Part shown: positions 27,447 through 38,036 of the stretch, piece by piece
Layout: the number at the start of each line of letters is the position of its first letter
Numbering within the stretch: position 1 is the stretch's first letter
Source of the DNA: Candidatus Latescibacterota bacterium
GTDB taxonomy: Bacteria > Latescibacterota > UBA2968 > UBA8231
Length of the DNA: 64,000 nt
Direction: 5' to 3'
NCBI GenBank assembly: GCA_965204725.1
Contig: OZ242005.1
Coordinates: 2,016,001-2,080,000, forward strand
The notes under the pieces: generated by a model
Seen by the model: the letters and a program-made list of their open reading frames with translations, nothing else
The model's database searches: none
What the model was told of the DNA's origin: nothing
Translations under genes and position numbers: made by a program

Positions 27447-28139
27447 CTATCCCCGCCACCGCGCATAGCGGAAAATGGTCCAGAGGATTTTGTACCCGGC
27501 CCGCAGCGCGCCGCTGAGCGTGCCGGTAATTTTGGAGGTGCCGATGCGGCGGCGATAGCGCACGGGCACTTCGGCCGTGCGCAGGCCGAGTCGAGCGGCT
27601 TTAACCTGCATCTCAGCCGTCCAGCCAAAGTTGCGGTCTCGCATTTCCATCCGCAGGAGCGCGCCGTAGCGCAAGGCGCGAAAAGGCCCCAAATCCGTAA
27701 AGGTGACGCCGAACAACAGGCGAATTAAGAAGGTCGCCAACCAGTTGCCAAAACGAGCCTGAGGCAGGAGGGCGCCCTTTTCTCGCTTCCCCAAGACCCG
27801 CGAGCCAATAACCATGTCGGCGCGGTCGGCGACGATCGGCCGCACTAAAGCCGACATGTCTTCGGGATAATCGCTGTAGTCGCCATCGAGAAAGACGACG
27901 ATATCCGGCTTGTCGAGTTGGGCCATGCCGGCCAGACAGGCTTGGCCGTAGCCGCGGCGGGGCTCGCCGACGACGCAGGCGCCCCAGCGGCGCGCCACCT
28001 CGGCCGTGCGGTCGCCGGAGCCATTATCGACGACGATGACCTGCTGGGCGATGTCTGGTAGGTCTTGCAGCACCTTGCCGATGGCTTCTTCTTCGTTGCA
28101 GGCGGGAATGACGACGGCAATGGCAGGAGGCGAGTCCAT
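27447..28139 (-). CDS. GT2 glycosyltransferase (DPM1-like)
   Basis: VIPACNEE, VVDNGSGD, FLDGD, IGSR, TDLGPFRA. Confidence 0.9.
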   Translation of the reverse strand: MDSPPAIAVVIPACNEEEAIGKVLQDLPDIAQQVIVVDNGSGDRTAEVARRWGACVVGEPRRGYGQACLAGMAQLDKPDIVVFLDGDYSDYPEDMSALVRPIVADRADMVIGSRVLGKREKGALLPQARFGNWLATFLIRLLFGVTFTDLGPFRALRYGALLRMEMRDRNFGWTAEMQVKAARLGLRTAEVPVRYRRRIGTSKITGTLSGALRAGYKILWTIFRYARWRG

Positions 28140-28167
28140 GCGCTGGGCACCGCAGGGGAAGGGCGGG

Positions 28168-29004
28168 CTAGAGGTTTTCCTCCAACCAGAGGAAGAACAG
28201 ATCTTGGGCCTCGGCGATGTTGTCGAGCAGTGCAAAGCCATGGTCGGCCGAGTCGAGAAAAACGCGCAGATTCTTGGGCGCGGCCGTCTGCGCCTCCAAG
28301 CGGCGGGCGAAGTCGGCATAGCTAAGCAGGACATCCCCAGCCTGAATTTGGTCCTGATCGCCCACCATAAAGAGCATGGAGCGCGGGCCAAACGGGTCGA
28401 GGCCGGCCCCGGTGACCAGCGGCTCTAGCGAAGAGGCCCCCCACAGCCCGGGGGAGAGGGAGACGCCGGTTTTTATTTGCTCGGGGAACTTGCCCACACT
28501 CACGTAGGCGACATTGCCCCCCGAGCCACTGCCCACGACTGCGATGCGGCGGACATTGACCTTGGACTGGCTCTGCAGCCAGATCAGCGCGGCATGGACA
28601 TCGAGAAAGCCCTGTTCCAGATCTATTAATTCCAAGACCTGCCGCTCATCGGGCAGCGGCGTATCGCCGTGCCCACGCAAGTCGATGGCCAAGGCCGCGT
28701 ACCCCCGCTCAAGCAAGGCCACGTATGTGCCGGTGTTGTTCAACCAGTCGAATTTGCTCCCCCCCAGATCGTGCAGGAGGATGACCACCGGCAGGGACTC
28801 GCCGTCTTGGGTCGTGCCAAAAAGCGCGCTCACCTCGACGCCGTCGTTGGCCGGGAAGCTGACGGATTCAATGGGATATACGCGCCCCGGTCCTCGGGGC
28901 AGCTCGGGGCCGACGATCTGGAGATCGTCTTCTGAGTCGCCGCACCCCACGACTCCAGCGGCGAGAATCCAAACCCAAGTCCACCTACGCAATGCCTTGC
29001 TCAT
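28168..29004 (-). CDS. Alpha/beta hydrolase-fold lipoprotein
   Basis: Lipobox VVGC; DLRGHG; GSGSGG elbow region; C-terminal DHG. Confidence 0.75.
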   Translation of the reverse strand: MSKALRRWTWVWILAAGVVGCGDSEDDLQIVGPELPRGPGRVYPIESVSFPANDGVEVSALFGTTQDGESLPVVILLHDLGGSKFDWLNNTGTYVALLERGYAALAIDLRGHGDTPLPDERQVLELIDLEQGFLDVHAALIWLQSQSKVNVRRIAVVGSGSGGNVAYVSVGKFPEQIKTGVSLSPGLWGASSLEPLVTGAGLDPFGPRSMLFMVGDQDQIQAGDVLLSYADFARRLEAQTAAPKNLRVFLDSADHGFALLDNIAEAQDLFFLWLEENL

Positions 29005-29122
29005 AAGACCCTAATCCTCGCCAAAAGCGCGTTGCGAGCGCCTCAACTGGCAACGCTTCTGATGTTCGTAACTCCTTGGGTTTGAATAAACAATCTCGCC
29101 CTCTAGCTGTCAACTTGACGCC

Positions 29123-29151
29123 TTGACGACAAAATTCTTTTGCCCTATGCT
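29123..29151 (+). promoter_or_regulatory. Sigma70-type promoter, probably near-leaderless transcript
   Basis: TTGACG-17 bp-TATGCT; ATG lies 8 nt after the -10 box and has no SD. Confidence 0.6.
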
Positions 29152-29159
29152 GCCGCGCT

Positions 29160-30866
29160 ATGATCTGCGTCGAAAAACTCGGCCTGCGCTATCGCGGCGG
29201 CCCGGCCGCCTTGTGCTCCATTGACCTCCACATCCGCCCGGGGGAAAACATCGCCCTCATCGGCACCAACGGTTCGGGCAAAACCACCCTCGCCCGTTGC
29301 TTAAACGGACTGCAACAGCCCCAAACCGGTCGGGTCCTCGTCGATGGCATGAACCCCGGCAACCCGACTCAGCTCCGCTCCATCCGCCAGCGCGTCGGCA
29401 TGGTCTTTCAAAACCCGGATGATCAGCTCGTCGGCACCACGGTCGCCGACGAATTGGCCTTTGGCTTGGAAAACCTCGCGCTGGCCAGCGATGAAATTCA
29501 GCGCCGCGTCGAAGCAACCCTCGCAGCTTTTGACCTCGAAACCCAGCGCCGCTATCCACCGCACCGGCTCGCCGGCGGCGAGAAGCAGCGCGTGGCCATT
29601 GCCGCCGTGGTGGCCATGCGCCCGCGCTATCTCGTCTTGGACGAATCAACGGCCCTGCTCGACCCCAGCGAAAGGCGGCAGGTAGCCGAGTTGCTCCAGC
29701 GGCTGCGCACCGAATACGGCATTGCGACCATACTCATAACCCAGTCCCCGGAAGAAGCCGTGCGCGCCGACCGCGTCATCGTCCTCCACGCTGGCCGGGT
29801 CCATGCCGACGGCGCCCCTACCGCCCTGTTTGCCCACCCACCCCAGCTCCGCGCCCTCGGCCTCGACCTCCCCTTTGCCAGCACTCTGGCCGCGCGCTTG
29901 TCGCTGGCCGAGCCCCACTTGGAGCTAGACGCCTTGGCCGACGCGCTGGCCGCGCTAAAACCCCAGACGCCCCTGCCCCCGTGGACGCCGCCCGCGCCAC
30001 CGCCGCCAACCCCAAACAAACTAGCGGCTGAACGGCTGACCCATCTCTACGACGAACATCTGCCCGCCCAGCGGCGCGGCATTCGCGACATCGACCTAGC
30101 CATCCCCGACCGCTCCGTATTGGCCTTGGTGGGCACCAACGGATCGGGCAAGACCACTCTCGCTCAACACTTCAACGCCCTGCTCAAACCCTCGCACGGG
30201 CGCGTACTCCTCGACGGCTGCGACATTGGCTTCCAGCCTCTATCTCGCGTACGGCAGCGCGTGGGCTTGGCCTTCCAGTTTCCCGAACTCCAGCTCTTCG
30301 CCGAATCCGTGGCCGAGGATGTGGCTTTTGGGCCGCGCAACCTCGGCTTGGCACCCGAGCGCGTCGATGGCCTCGTGGGGCGCGCCCTCGCCATGGTGGG
30401 CATGCCGCTCGGAGAATTTGGGCCGCGTCAGCCGCTCTCGTTGAGCGGCGGGGAAAGGCGGCGCGTCGCCCTCGCCGGGGTTCTGGCCATGGACCCAGAA
30501 GTCTTAGTGCTCGATGAACCGACTGCCGGCCTCGATCCCCGCACTACGGCCCGCTTGTGCCAGCTCTGCGCCGAGCTAAGCCACCAAGGCCGCACCCTCG
30601 TGCTGATCAGCCACGATATGGAGCTCGTCGGCCGCCTAGCCACCCACGTAGCGGTCCTCCGCCAAGGCCGCATCCCACTGCACGGGCCGGCCCGCGCCGT
30701 GCTCGCCCATCCCGAATTCGAGTCCATCAGTGGGCTGGTACCGCCGCCATCCGTGCAGTTGGCCCGCCGCCTGCGACAACGGGGGCTAGCCCTAGCCGGC
30801 GATCCATTGACCCTAGGCGAAACCATCCACTGGCTCACCCCACTCGTCGCCCTAGCCCATGGCTAA
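29160..30866 (+). CDS. Fused double ECF-transporter ATPase (EcfA-EcfA')
   Basis: Two GTNGSGKT Walker A motifs, FQNPDDQ and FQFPELQLF Q-loops, two Walker B motifs. Confidence 0.88.
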   Translation: MICVEKLGLRYRGGPAALCSIDLHIRPGENIALIGTNGSGKTTLARCLNGLQQPQTGRVLVDGMNPGNPTQLRSIRQRVGMVFQNPDDQLVGTTVADELAFGLENLALASDEIQRRVEATLAAFDLETQRRYPPHRLAGGEKQRVAIAAVVAMRPRYLVLDESTALLDPSERRQVAELLQRLRTEYGIATILITQSPEEAVRADRVIVLHAGRVHADGAPTALFAHPPQLRALGLDLPFASTLAARLSLAEPHLELDALADALAALKPQTPLPPWTPPAPPPPTPNKLAAERLTHLYDEHLPAQRRGIRDIDLAIPDRSVLALVGTNGSGKTTLAQHFNALLKPSHGRVLLDGCDIGFQPLSRVRQRVGLAFQFPELQLFAESVAEDVAFGPRNLGLAPERVDGLVGRALAMVGMPLGEFGPRQPLSLSGGERRRVALAGVLAMDPEVLVLDEPTAGLDPRTTARLCQLCAELSHQGRTLVLISHDMELVGRLATHVAVLRQGRIPLHGPARAVLAHPEFESISGLVPPPSVQLARRLRQRGLALAGDPLTLGETIHWLTPLVALAHG

Positions 30867-32157
30867 ATTTTCCGCCGACTTGCTCGTCCGCCAAGGACGC
30901 CTCATCGATCCGGTCAACGGCACCGATGCCCTAGGGGATATCCTCATCCGCCAAGGGCAAATAGTCCAATCGGCCCCGATCCTAGCGGCCCCTCCAGACG
31001 TGCCCGTCCTGACGGCCACGGGCTTGGTTGTCGCCCCGGGTTTTATCGACATTCACACCCATCTCCGCGAACCGGGCTACGAACACAAGGAGACCATTCA
31101 AAGCGGCACTGCAGCGGCGGCGGCCGGCGGGATATGTGCCGTAGCCGCCATGCCCAATACCAACCCGCCCCCCGACAGCAGCGACCACTTGCTGCAAGTG
31201 CTGGAGCGAGCGCAGACGACCGTCGTGCGCTACTATCCAATCGCCTGTATAACAGTGGGGCGTCAAGGACGCGGCGCGCTCGCCCCCCTCGCGGAGTTGG
31301 CCGAATTGGGAGCGGTGGCCTTTTCCGATGACGGCGATCCGGTCGAAGACGAGGCTTTGATGCGTCGCGCCCTCGAAATCGCCCGCCAGCTCGACCGGCC
31401 CATCTTCCCGCACGCCGAGGTCAAGTCGCTCACGGCCGGTGGCTGTATGCATGCCGGAGCCGTGGCCGCGCGCCTCGGCGTCCAAGGGATGCCGGCAGCC
31501 GGTGAGGAGGGCATGGTGGCCCGCGATATAGAACTGGTCCGCCAGACCGGCGGCCCGTTGCACATCGCCCATATCAGCACGGCCGGCACAGCGCAATTGG
31601 TCCGGCGCGCCAAAGCCGACGGCCTCCCCGTGACCTGCGAAGTGCTACCCCATCACTTTGTACTCACCGACCGCGAGGTCGAGCGCCAAGGCACGGCGGC
31701 CAAGATGAGCCCGCCGCTGCGCGAGGCCGCCGATGTCGAGGCCATGCACGCGGGGCTAGCCGATGGCACCATAGAGGTCATTGCGACCGACCACGCGCCG
31801 CATACGGCCGCGGAAAAAGCCCAACCCCTCACTCAAGCGCCCATGGGCATTGTCGGTCTAGAGACGGCCATCGGCCTCACCTTGACCTATTTGGTGGACC
31901 GCGTCTTGTCCCTGCCCGAGGCCATCGCTTGCTGGACCTGCCACCCGGCGCGCATCTTGCGCCTGCCGGGGGGCGCACTCACCCCGGGGATGCCCGGCGA
32001 TCTAACCCTGCTCGACCTGACGCACGAATGGGAGGTCGTTCCCGAGCGCTTTCGCTCCAAATCGCGGAACACCCCTTTTGCCGGGTATCGCCTAAAGGGC
32101 AAGGCCGTGGCCACCATCGTCGGCGGCCAGATCGTCTATAGCGAGTTGGCCGCTTAG
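30859..32157 (+). CDS. pyrC: Dihydroorotase (multifunctional-complex type)
   Basis: DIHTHLREPG, MPNT, ATDHAPH, SKSRNTPF. Confidence 0.93.
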   Translation: MAKFSADLLVRQGRLIDPVNGTDALGDILIRQGQIVQSAPILAAPPDVPVLTATGLVVAPGFIDIHTHLREPGYEHKETIQSGTAAAAAGGICAVAAMPNTNPPPDSSDHLLQVLERAQTTVVRYYPIACITVGRQGRGALAPLAELAELGAVAFSDDGDPVEDEALMRRALEIARQLDRPIFPHAEVKSLTAGGCMHAGAVAARLGVQGMPAAGEEGMVARDIELVRQTGGPLHIAHISTAGTAQLVRRAKADGLPVTCEVLPHHFVLTDREVERQGTAAKMSPPLREAADVEAMHAGLADGTIEVIATDHAPHTAAEKAQPLTQAPMGIVGLETAIGLTLTYLVDRVLSLPEAIACWTCHPARILRLPGGALTPGMPGDLTLLDLTHEWEVVPERFRSKSRNTPFAGYRLKGKAVATIVGGQIVYSELAA

Positions 32158-33494
32158 TCGAGGCGCTCGAACGCGTCTGGCCAATGCTCAATTTCCGCGC
32201 CGGTGGCGCGCAGCCACACGGCGATCACGTCGAAGCGGCAGACCCGATCGGCCGCCGTGCCATAGCCATACTGAATGTAGTGCTGGGCGGCCCGCGTTAG
32301 ACGCTGCCGCTTGGCGCGATCCACCCTTTGTTCGGGGCGCGACGCCCGCTGGCTGGCTTTTACCTCGACAAAAACCAATTCGCCCCCTTCTTCGGCCACT
32401 AAGTCGATCTCGCCTCCAGCGGCCCGATAGCGGCGCGCCCGAATGCGATAGCCCCGTTCTTCGAGATAGGCCGCGGCCGCCGCTTCGCCCCGCCGCCCCA
32501 AGTCCCCCAGCCTGTCGCGCTGCTCCCGATAGACCCCTCGCAGGGCCGTTAGCTCGTCGGCCGTTAGCTCGTCGGTGGCCTCTTTGACGAACTGCGCTAA
32601 CCGCTCTAGCTCGGCGAGGTTCGCGCAATCGTATAGGCCCTCTTCAAAAGAGAGAAAAAGCTCCGAGCGCGGCTCGGCCACGCGCGCCGCCACCGGGCCG
32701 AAACTGCGGCGGTGCAGGGGGCAAGGGCCATGGGCGTCCAAGGCGGCTAAGTGCGCGGCGCTGCCGTAGCCCTTGTGCGCGGCAAAGCCGTATTCGGGAT
32801 AGCGGGCGTCGCACTCGCACATCAGGCGGTCGCGGTGTACTTTGGCCACGATTGAGGCCGCGGCAATCGACAGCGAGCGGGCGTCTCCGTCAATGATGGC
32901 TTGCTCGGGATAGGGGCTACGCGCCGGCAAGTGCCCATCAATCAGCACCCGGTCGGGCGGGGGATGCACATTCTCCAGCGCCAAGCGCATGGCCTTGAGC
33001 GAGGCCTGCAGGATATTCAACTGGTCTATCTCGGCGGCCTCGACTTGCCCTATTCCCACGGACAGGGCCTTGGCCATCAGCTCTTCGTACAGGCCTTCGC
33101 GCTGGGTCCGCGACAGCTTCTTGGAATCGTTGATTCCTGTGATGACACAGTCGGGCGGCAAGACGACGGCCGCGGCCACCACCGGCCCCGCCAAGCAGCC
33201 GCGCCCAGCCTCATCTACCCCAGCCACTCGGCCCACCCCTTGTGCCCAAAGGCGGTGCTCAAAGTGCAGGAGCCGCTCGCGCCGCTGGGACTCGGCCTGC
33301 TCCCGCGCATCGCGCCGCCGCCGCTCGACCACCAAGCGCCGCACGCCAACGCGGCGATCCGCTTCGAGCAAGGCCCAGCCCGGATCGCCGCTTTCCCACT
33401 CCGCCACCGCGGCGCGTATCTGGGCTATCGTCATTCCGGCGAGTTCGAGTGCGCCGGAACGGCTCGCACCGGCAGGCGTCTCATCTATTGACAT
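32154..33494 (-). CDS. rnhB: Ribonuclease HII fused to a C-terminal YraN (UPF0102) domain
   Basis: [26 protein letters not shown], then GEIDLVA..LVFVEVK and RFDVIA. Confidence 0.9.
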   Translation of the reverse strand: MSIDETPAGASRSGALELAGMTIAQIRAAVAEWESGDPGWALLEADRRVGVRRLVVERRRRDAREQAESQRRERLLHFEHRLWAQGVGRVAGVDEAGRGCLAGPVVAAAVVLPPDCVITGINDSKKLSRTQREGLYEELMAKALSVGIGQVEAAEIDQLNILQASLKAMRLALENVHPPPDRVLIDGHLPARSPYPEQAIIDGDARSLSIAAASIVAKVHRDRLMCECDARYPEYGFAAHKGYGSAAHLAALDAHGPCPLHRRSFGPVAARVAEPRSELFLSFEEGLYDCANLAELERLAQFVKEATDELTADELTALRGVYREQRDRLGDLGRRGEAAAAAYLEERGYRIRARRYRAAGGEIDLVAEEGGELVFVEVKASQRASRPEQRVDRAKRQRLTRAAQHYIQYGYGTAADRVCRFDVIAVWLRATGAEIEHWPDAFERLD

Positions 33495-33548
33495 GAAATA
33501 CCGACCTTGTATATTTGCGAAAAGCTACCGAGAAAGAGGAGCCCTAAC

Positions 33549-34133
33549 ATGAAGAGCTACACGGCGTTAGTTGCCTGCTTTTGCCTCGTTTTGCAACCCG
33601 TCATGGCCCTCGCAGAGACGGAACCGACACCCATCGCCGGGGCCGACACCCGCCTCTATCTGGCCGATGGCAGCTTGGTGGAAGGTACGCTAATCGAACG
33701 GGACCGCGATCTGGTCATCATGCGCGTCAAGGACAAGATCTTCACTTTCGACAAAACCGAAATCGACAAGATCATCACCCTCGAATCGCTGGGCGGAGGA
33801 GCCCAAACGATCACGGTGACCGAGTTTCCTTACATCAGCTTTCTCGGGGGCGCGCTCGCCTTTAGCCTACTCTCTTGGCTGCAATTCGACCGGGCTTCCG
33901 ACAACGAAGCCGAAGCGGCCCTCAACCGCGACCACGACCAACTCGCCCGCGCCAAAAAGCTCGACGACAAAGCCGATCGCGCCCGCCTCTACGGTCGGGC
34001 CACAGCCGTTCTCGCGGCCGGCAGCTTTGCGGTGGCCTTCATCCCGCGCAAAAGCACCCGCCGCGTCTTTCCCGAGCTCGGTTTCCGCGACGGCGCGCCG
34101 CACATCGGCCTATCCTACGTCTATTCGTTCTGA
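33549..34133 (+). CDS. Exported/membrane hypothetical protein
   Basis: Signal peptide ending in ALA; GAGGAG RBS; two hydrophobic segments. Confidence 0.65.
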   Translation: MKSYTALVACFCLVLQPVMALAETEPTPIAGADTRLYLADGSLVEGTLIERDRDLVIMRVKDKIFTFDKTEIDKIITLESLGGGAQTITVTEFPYISFLGGALAFSLLSWLQFDRASDNEAEAALNRDHDQLARAKKLDDKADRARLYGRATAVLAAGSFAVAFIPRKSTRRVFPELGFRDGAPHIGLSYVYSF

Positions 34134-34573
34134 GCGCCTGCCGCACTCCGCAGGTAATGCACCAAAGCCTCTAGCCCGAGCACATAGCTAAAACTGCCAA
34201 ACCCGGCGATTTGCCCTAGGCAGACCGGCGCGATAACCGACTGCTGGCGAAACGCTTCCCGGGCATGCACATTGGACAGATGCACCTCAACGGTCGGCAA
34301 CCCTTTGGCCGCCACGGCGTCGCGCAGGGCCAAGCTGTAGTGGGTAAAGGCCCCCGGATTGAACAGCAGGCCCTGCTCTGGGGCTTGGTGCAGCGCGTCG
34401 ATGAGCGCCCCCTCGCAATTGGATTGGCAGCAACGCACCTGAGCGCCGAGTCGCTGGGCGTGGTCGGCGATCAACGCATCAATCGCGGCCAAGGTTTCCC
34501 GCCCATAGACTTCGGGCTCGCGCGTTCCGAGCAAGTTGAGATTGGGTCCATGTAGGACTAGGATGCTAGTCAA
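34121..34573 (-). CDS. aroQ: Type II 3-dehydroquinate dehydratase
   Basis: [24 protein letters not shown]. Confidence 0.96.
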   Translation of the reverse strand: MTSILVLHGPNLNLLGTREPEVYGRETLAAIDALIADHAQRLGAQVRCCQSNCEGALIDALHQAPEQGLLFNPGAFTHYSLALRDAVAAKGLPTVEVHLSNVHAREAFRQQSVIAPVCLGQIAGFGSFSYVLGLEALVHYLRSAAGAQNE

Positions 34574-35447
34574 ATTGACCTCCGCTGTTGCGCACCACCA
34601 CGCAGATCCACGCCTCTTTTGCCAAAACGGTATCCACCTCTAATGCAGCTTCTGTGACCCAGCCGCAGAAAGCCGCCTCTTCCCGCGCCAGCAAACCGGA
34701 AAACGCGATTCGGCCATCCGCTGCCAACAAGCCGCGCAACGGGAGCAAAAGGGGCCGCAGCACGTGGCTTTGGATGTTGGCTAAAACCAAGTCAAAGGGG
34801 CCTTCCGCAACCACCTCCACGCCGCCCAGCCGCACCTCGACCTGCCCACGGCCGAGGCCGTTGTGCGCCAAGTTTTCCCGCGCATTCGCCACGGCCCTCT
34901 CGTCGGTATCCACGGCGAGCACCGGCCCGGCCCCCAGCAGCGCAGCGGCCACGCTGAGGATGCCGCTACCGGTCCCCAAGTCCAGACAGCGCGCCCCGGG
35001 GCGCAGATGGCGCTCTAGCGCCTGCAAGCAGAGTTGGGTCGATTCGTGCATCCCCGTGCCAAAGGCCATTTTGGGGTCTAGGGTCACGGCGATTTGGCCC
35101 TCGGCTATCTCGACCGGAATCCACGAAGGGTGGACGACGATCCGCTCGGTGGCCCACACCGGCGCAAAGAACCGCCGCCACTCGGCCTCCCAATCCCGTT
35201 CTTCCACGCACTCGGAGCCTATCGCCGACGCCAAGCCGAGCGCGGCGAGCCGATGCGTCAGTGCGCGCCGAACCTCCGCCAAATCGCACCTCGGCTCGGC
35301 CGCAAAGTACGCGCTCAACCGAGTGCGCTCGCGCGCTTCCTCGGCCTGCAGGCCGCAACTGCCGAGCTGATATGCCCACGCGCTGACCTCGTCGGCGCAA
35401 GCCGTAGGCACCTCTAGCCGCAAGCAGTACCAAGTCCGTTTATTCAC
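34566..35447 (-). CDS. prmA: Ribosomal protein L11 methyltransferase
   Basis: [26 protein letters not shown]. Confidence 0.93.
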   Translation of the reverse strand: MNKRTWYCLRLEVPTACADEVSAWAYQLGSCGLQAEEARERTRLSAYFAAEPRCDLAEVRRALTHRLAALGLASAIGSECVEERDWEAEWRRFFAPVWATERIVVHPSWIPVEIAEGQIAVTLDPKMAFGTGMHESTQLCLQALERHLRPGARCLDLGTGSGILSVAAALLGAGPVLAVDTDERAVANARENLAHNGLGRGQVEVRLGGVEVVAEGPFDLVLANIQSHVLRPLLLPLRGLLAADGRIAFSGLLAREEAAFCGWVTEAALEVDTVLAKEAWICVVVRNSGGQFD

Positions 35448-36226
35448 TCGCTTCCAGCTTCCAACCGGCGCAACTGGGCGACTAATCCCTCGCCGATTGC
35501 GGCGAAAAGGGGGTCTGGCACCGCCCGCCCTTCATCCCCACGCTGGCGAATTGCAGCCGACAGGGGCAGCGCACCCAGAAAGGGCAACCCCAACCGCTCG
35601 GCGGCCGCGGCCCCCCCACCGCAGCCAAAGATCTCGTGGCGTTGGCCGCATTGGCCGCACAGATAGTAGCTCATGTTTTCGACGATCCCGAGAATATCGA
35701 CCTCGACCTTGGAAAACATGGCGATGCCCCGCTCCACATCCTCCAGCGCCACGCTCTGAGGAGTGGTCACGATCAAGGCGCCGGACAGGGCTACGGCTTG
35801 GCTCAAGGTCAGCGGCACATCGCCCGTGCCGGGCGGCAGATCAATCAGCAAATAGTCGAGTGTCCCCCATTCTACTTGGTGTAAAAACTGCTGTAACGCC
35901 CGCGCCAAGAGCGGCCCCCGCCAGACCACCGGCGCGTCCTCACCGGCGATGAAACCAATCGACATGAGGCCTACCCCGGCCTTGTACACCGGGCGCATCG
36001 CGCCTTGGGGCTCGGTTGTGGGCTGCTGCCTAATACCCATCATCAAGGGAATGCTCGGGCCGTAGATGTCCGCGTCGAGAAGGCCGACGCGCGCCCCTTG
36101 CGCCGCCAGACTCACGGCCAAGTTGATACTTACAGTCGATTTTCCCACGCCCCCCTTAGCACTGGCAATGGCGACGGTATGGCGCACTTGGACTAAGGGA
36201 TCGGTTCGGGGAATGGACAAGCGCAC
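35444..36226 (-). CDS. Mrp/NBP35 (ApbC) Fe-S carrier ATPase, short form
   Basis: SAKGGVGKS, DADIYGPS, WRGP, DLPPGTGD, ENMS..C..C. Confidence 0.92.
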   Translation of the reverse strand: MRLSIPRTDPLVQVRHTVAIASAKGGVGKSTVSINLAVSLAAQGARVGLLDADIYGPSIPLMMGIRQQPTTEPQGAMRPVYKAGVGLMSIGFIAGEDAPVVWRGPLLARALQQFLHQVEWGTLDYLLIDLPPGTGDVPLTLSQAVALSGALIVTTPQSVALEDVERGIAMFSKVEVDILGIVENMSYYLCGQCGQRHEIFGCGGGAAAAERLGLPFLGALPLSAAIRQRGDEGRAVPDPLFAAIGEGLVAQLRRLEAGSE

Positions 36227-36232
36227 CTGCCT

Positions 36233-37375
36233 TTAGGATCGGAAGGCCTTGCGCATTTTGGCGAGGAAGCTCTCGCCTTCTTTGGCAACGCGCGCTTGTT
36301 CGAGCTGGGCTAGCTCGCTGAAAAGCTCGCGCTCTCGGCGGCTAAGGCCCTCGGGCGTCCACAAGACGACCTCAACTAGCTGGTCGCCGACCCCGCGGCC
36401 GTTGACGTCGGGAATGCCCCGGCCGCCCATGCGGAAGACGCGCCCGGACTGAGTGCCTGCGGGAATTTTCAGCATGGCCTTGCCAGCCAAAGTAGGGACT
36501 TCTACCGACGCGCCGAGCGTCGCTTGGGCAAAACCGAGGGGCAGTTGGTAGATAACGTGGTTGCCATCGCGGACGAAATAGTCGTGCTCTTTTTCTTCAA
36601 TAAAGACCAAGCAATCCCCGGACGGCCCCCCGCGCGGTCCGACTTCGCCTTGGCCGCGCAATGGAATGTAGTTGCCCTCTTGGACGCCGGCCGGAATGCG
36701 CACCGTCAGAGTCGTTTGGCCGCGCTCGCGGCCCTCGCCCCGGCATTCTGGACAGGGATTGGACACAATGTGGCCCTCCCCGTCGCAGGCCGGACACGTC
36801 ACCACGGTCATCGACGGCCCGAACAGGGTGCGCGCCATCTGTCGCACTTGGCCCTGCCCGCCGCACGTGCTACAGGTCTTGCGGCCCGCTCTGCTGGCCG
36901 CGCCGGTACCCTCGCAGCTCTTACAGCGCTGCAAGCGCGTCAGCGCGATGTTCTTTTCTACGCCCGTGGCGATCTCCTCTAAAGTTAAGGCCACCTTAAT
37001 TTTTAAGTCGCGGCCTTTCGCCCGCATCGACCCGCCCCGCGACCGCCGCCCGCCGCCGAAGAAGCTCTCGAAAATCTCGCCGAAAATGTCTTGAAAATCG
37101 CCCGCGTGCGTAAAATCCGACCACTGAAAGCCACCGCTGCCGAAATTGCCCTCAACCCCGGCGTGACCATAGCGATCGTACGCCGCCTTTTTCTCTGGAT
37201 CGGAAAGCACCTCGTAGGCTTCGGAGGCCTCCTTGAATTGCTCCTCGGCCGCTGCGTCGCCGGGGTTGCGATCGGGATGGAACTTCAGGGCCTTCTTGCG
37301 GTAAGCTCCTTTGATCGCCCGCTCGCTGGCGTCCCGCTCGACGCCCAGTACCTCATAGTAGTCCCTTTTGGACAT
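36233..37375 (-). CDS. dnaJ: Chaperone DnaJ
   Basis: HPD motif and four CxxCxGxG repeats. Confidence 0.97.
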   Translation of the reverse strand: MSKRDYYEVLGVERDASERAIKGAYRKKALKFHPDRNPGDAAAEEQFKEASEAYEVLSDPEKKAAYDRYGHAGVEGNFGSGGFQWSDFTHAGDFQDIFGEIFESFFGGGRRSRGGSMRAKGRDLKIKVALTLEEIATGVEKNIALTRLQRCKSCEGTGAASRAGRKTCSTCGGQGQVRQMARTLFGPSMTVVTCPACDGEGHIVSNPCPECRGEGRERGQTTLTVRIPAGVQEGNYIPLRGQGEVGPRGGPSGDCLVFIEEKEHDYFVRDGNHVIYQLPLGFAQATLGASVEVPTLAGKAMLKIPAGTQSGRVFRMGGRGIPDVNGRGVGDQLVEVVLWTPEGLSRRERELFSELAQLEQARVAKEGESFLAKMRKAFRS

Positions 37376-37383
37376 TCGGTTCC

Positions 37384-37989
37384 TCAGCTCTCCACGCTCG
37401 CCTTACTGACGACGACGCGTGCGAAACGGACCACCTTGTCGTTGAGTTTGTAACCCTTCTCCATCTCCTCAATAATCGTGCCCGGGGGGTGCTCACCGTC
37501 TGGCACTTCGGCTAGGGCCTCGTGGACTGCGGGGTCAAAGGGCTGCCCCACCGCCTCGATCTCGGCCAGCCCATAGCCTTTGAGAACGTCGTTGAATTGG
37601 CCGCAGATCAACTCGACGCCCTGCTTGAGTAACTCGGCTTCTGGGGTCTCCTGACGGAGGGCGCGGCGCAAGTTGTCCAAAATGGGCGCGACTTGCAACA
37701 AGACATCGCGCAAGGTCTCATCCCGCGCTTCCGCCCGCATCCGCACCGTGCGCTTGCGGTAGTTATCTAACTCGGCGACCGCCCGCACATAGCGGTCGTA
37801 ATGAGCCGCGGCCTCGGCGCGAGCCGCCTCCAGTTCGGCCGACTCTTCGGCCTGAGACTCCGCGACTTCTTCTTGCTGCGGCTCCGCCGCTGCTTTTTCA
37901 CATGCCGCCTCGGACTGCGACTCGACAGCATCCTCCAAGCTCGCCTCTTCCACTGCGACGCGGTCCTGAGTTTCGCGCTCGCTCATCAA
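37384..37989 (-). CDS. grpE: Nucleotide exchange factor GrpE
   Basis: AELDNYRKR, FDPAVHEA, GYKL..VVR.ARVVV. Confidence 0.96.
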   Translation of the reverse strand: MMSERETQDRVAVEEASLEDAVESQSEAACEKAAAEPQQEEVAESQAEESAELEAARAEAAAHYDRYVRAVAELDNYRKRTVRMRAEARDETLRDVLLQVAPILDNLRRALRQETPEAELLKQGVELICGQFNDVLKGYGLAEIEAVGQPFDPAVHEALAEVPDGEHPPGTIIEEMEKGYKLNDKVVRFARVVVSKASVES

Positions 37990-38036
37990 CGCTCCTTACT
38001 CTACTCTATTGTGAATTGGATTGGGATAAGAACTCG

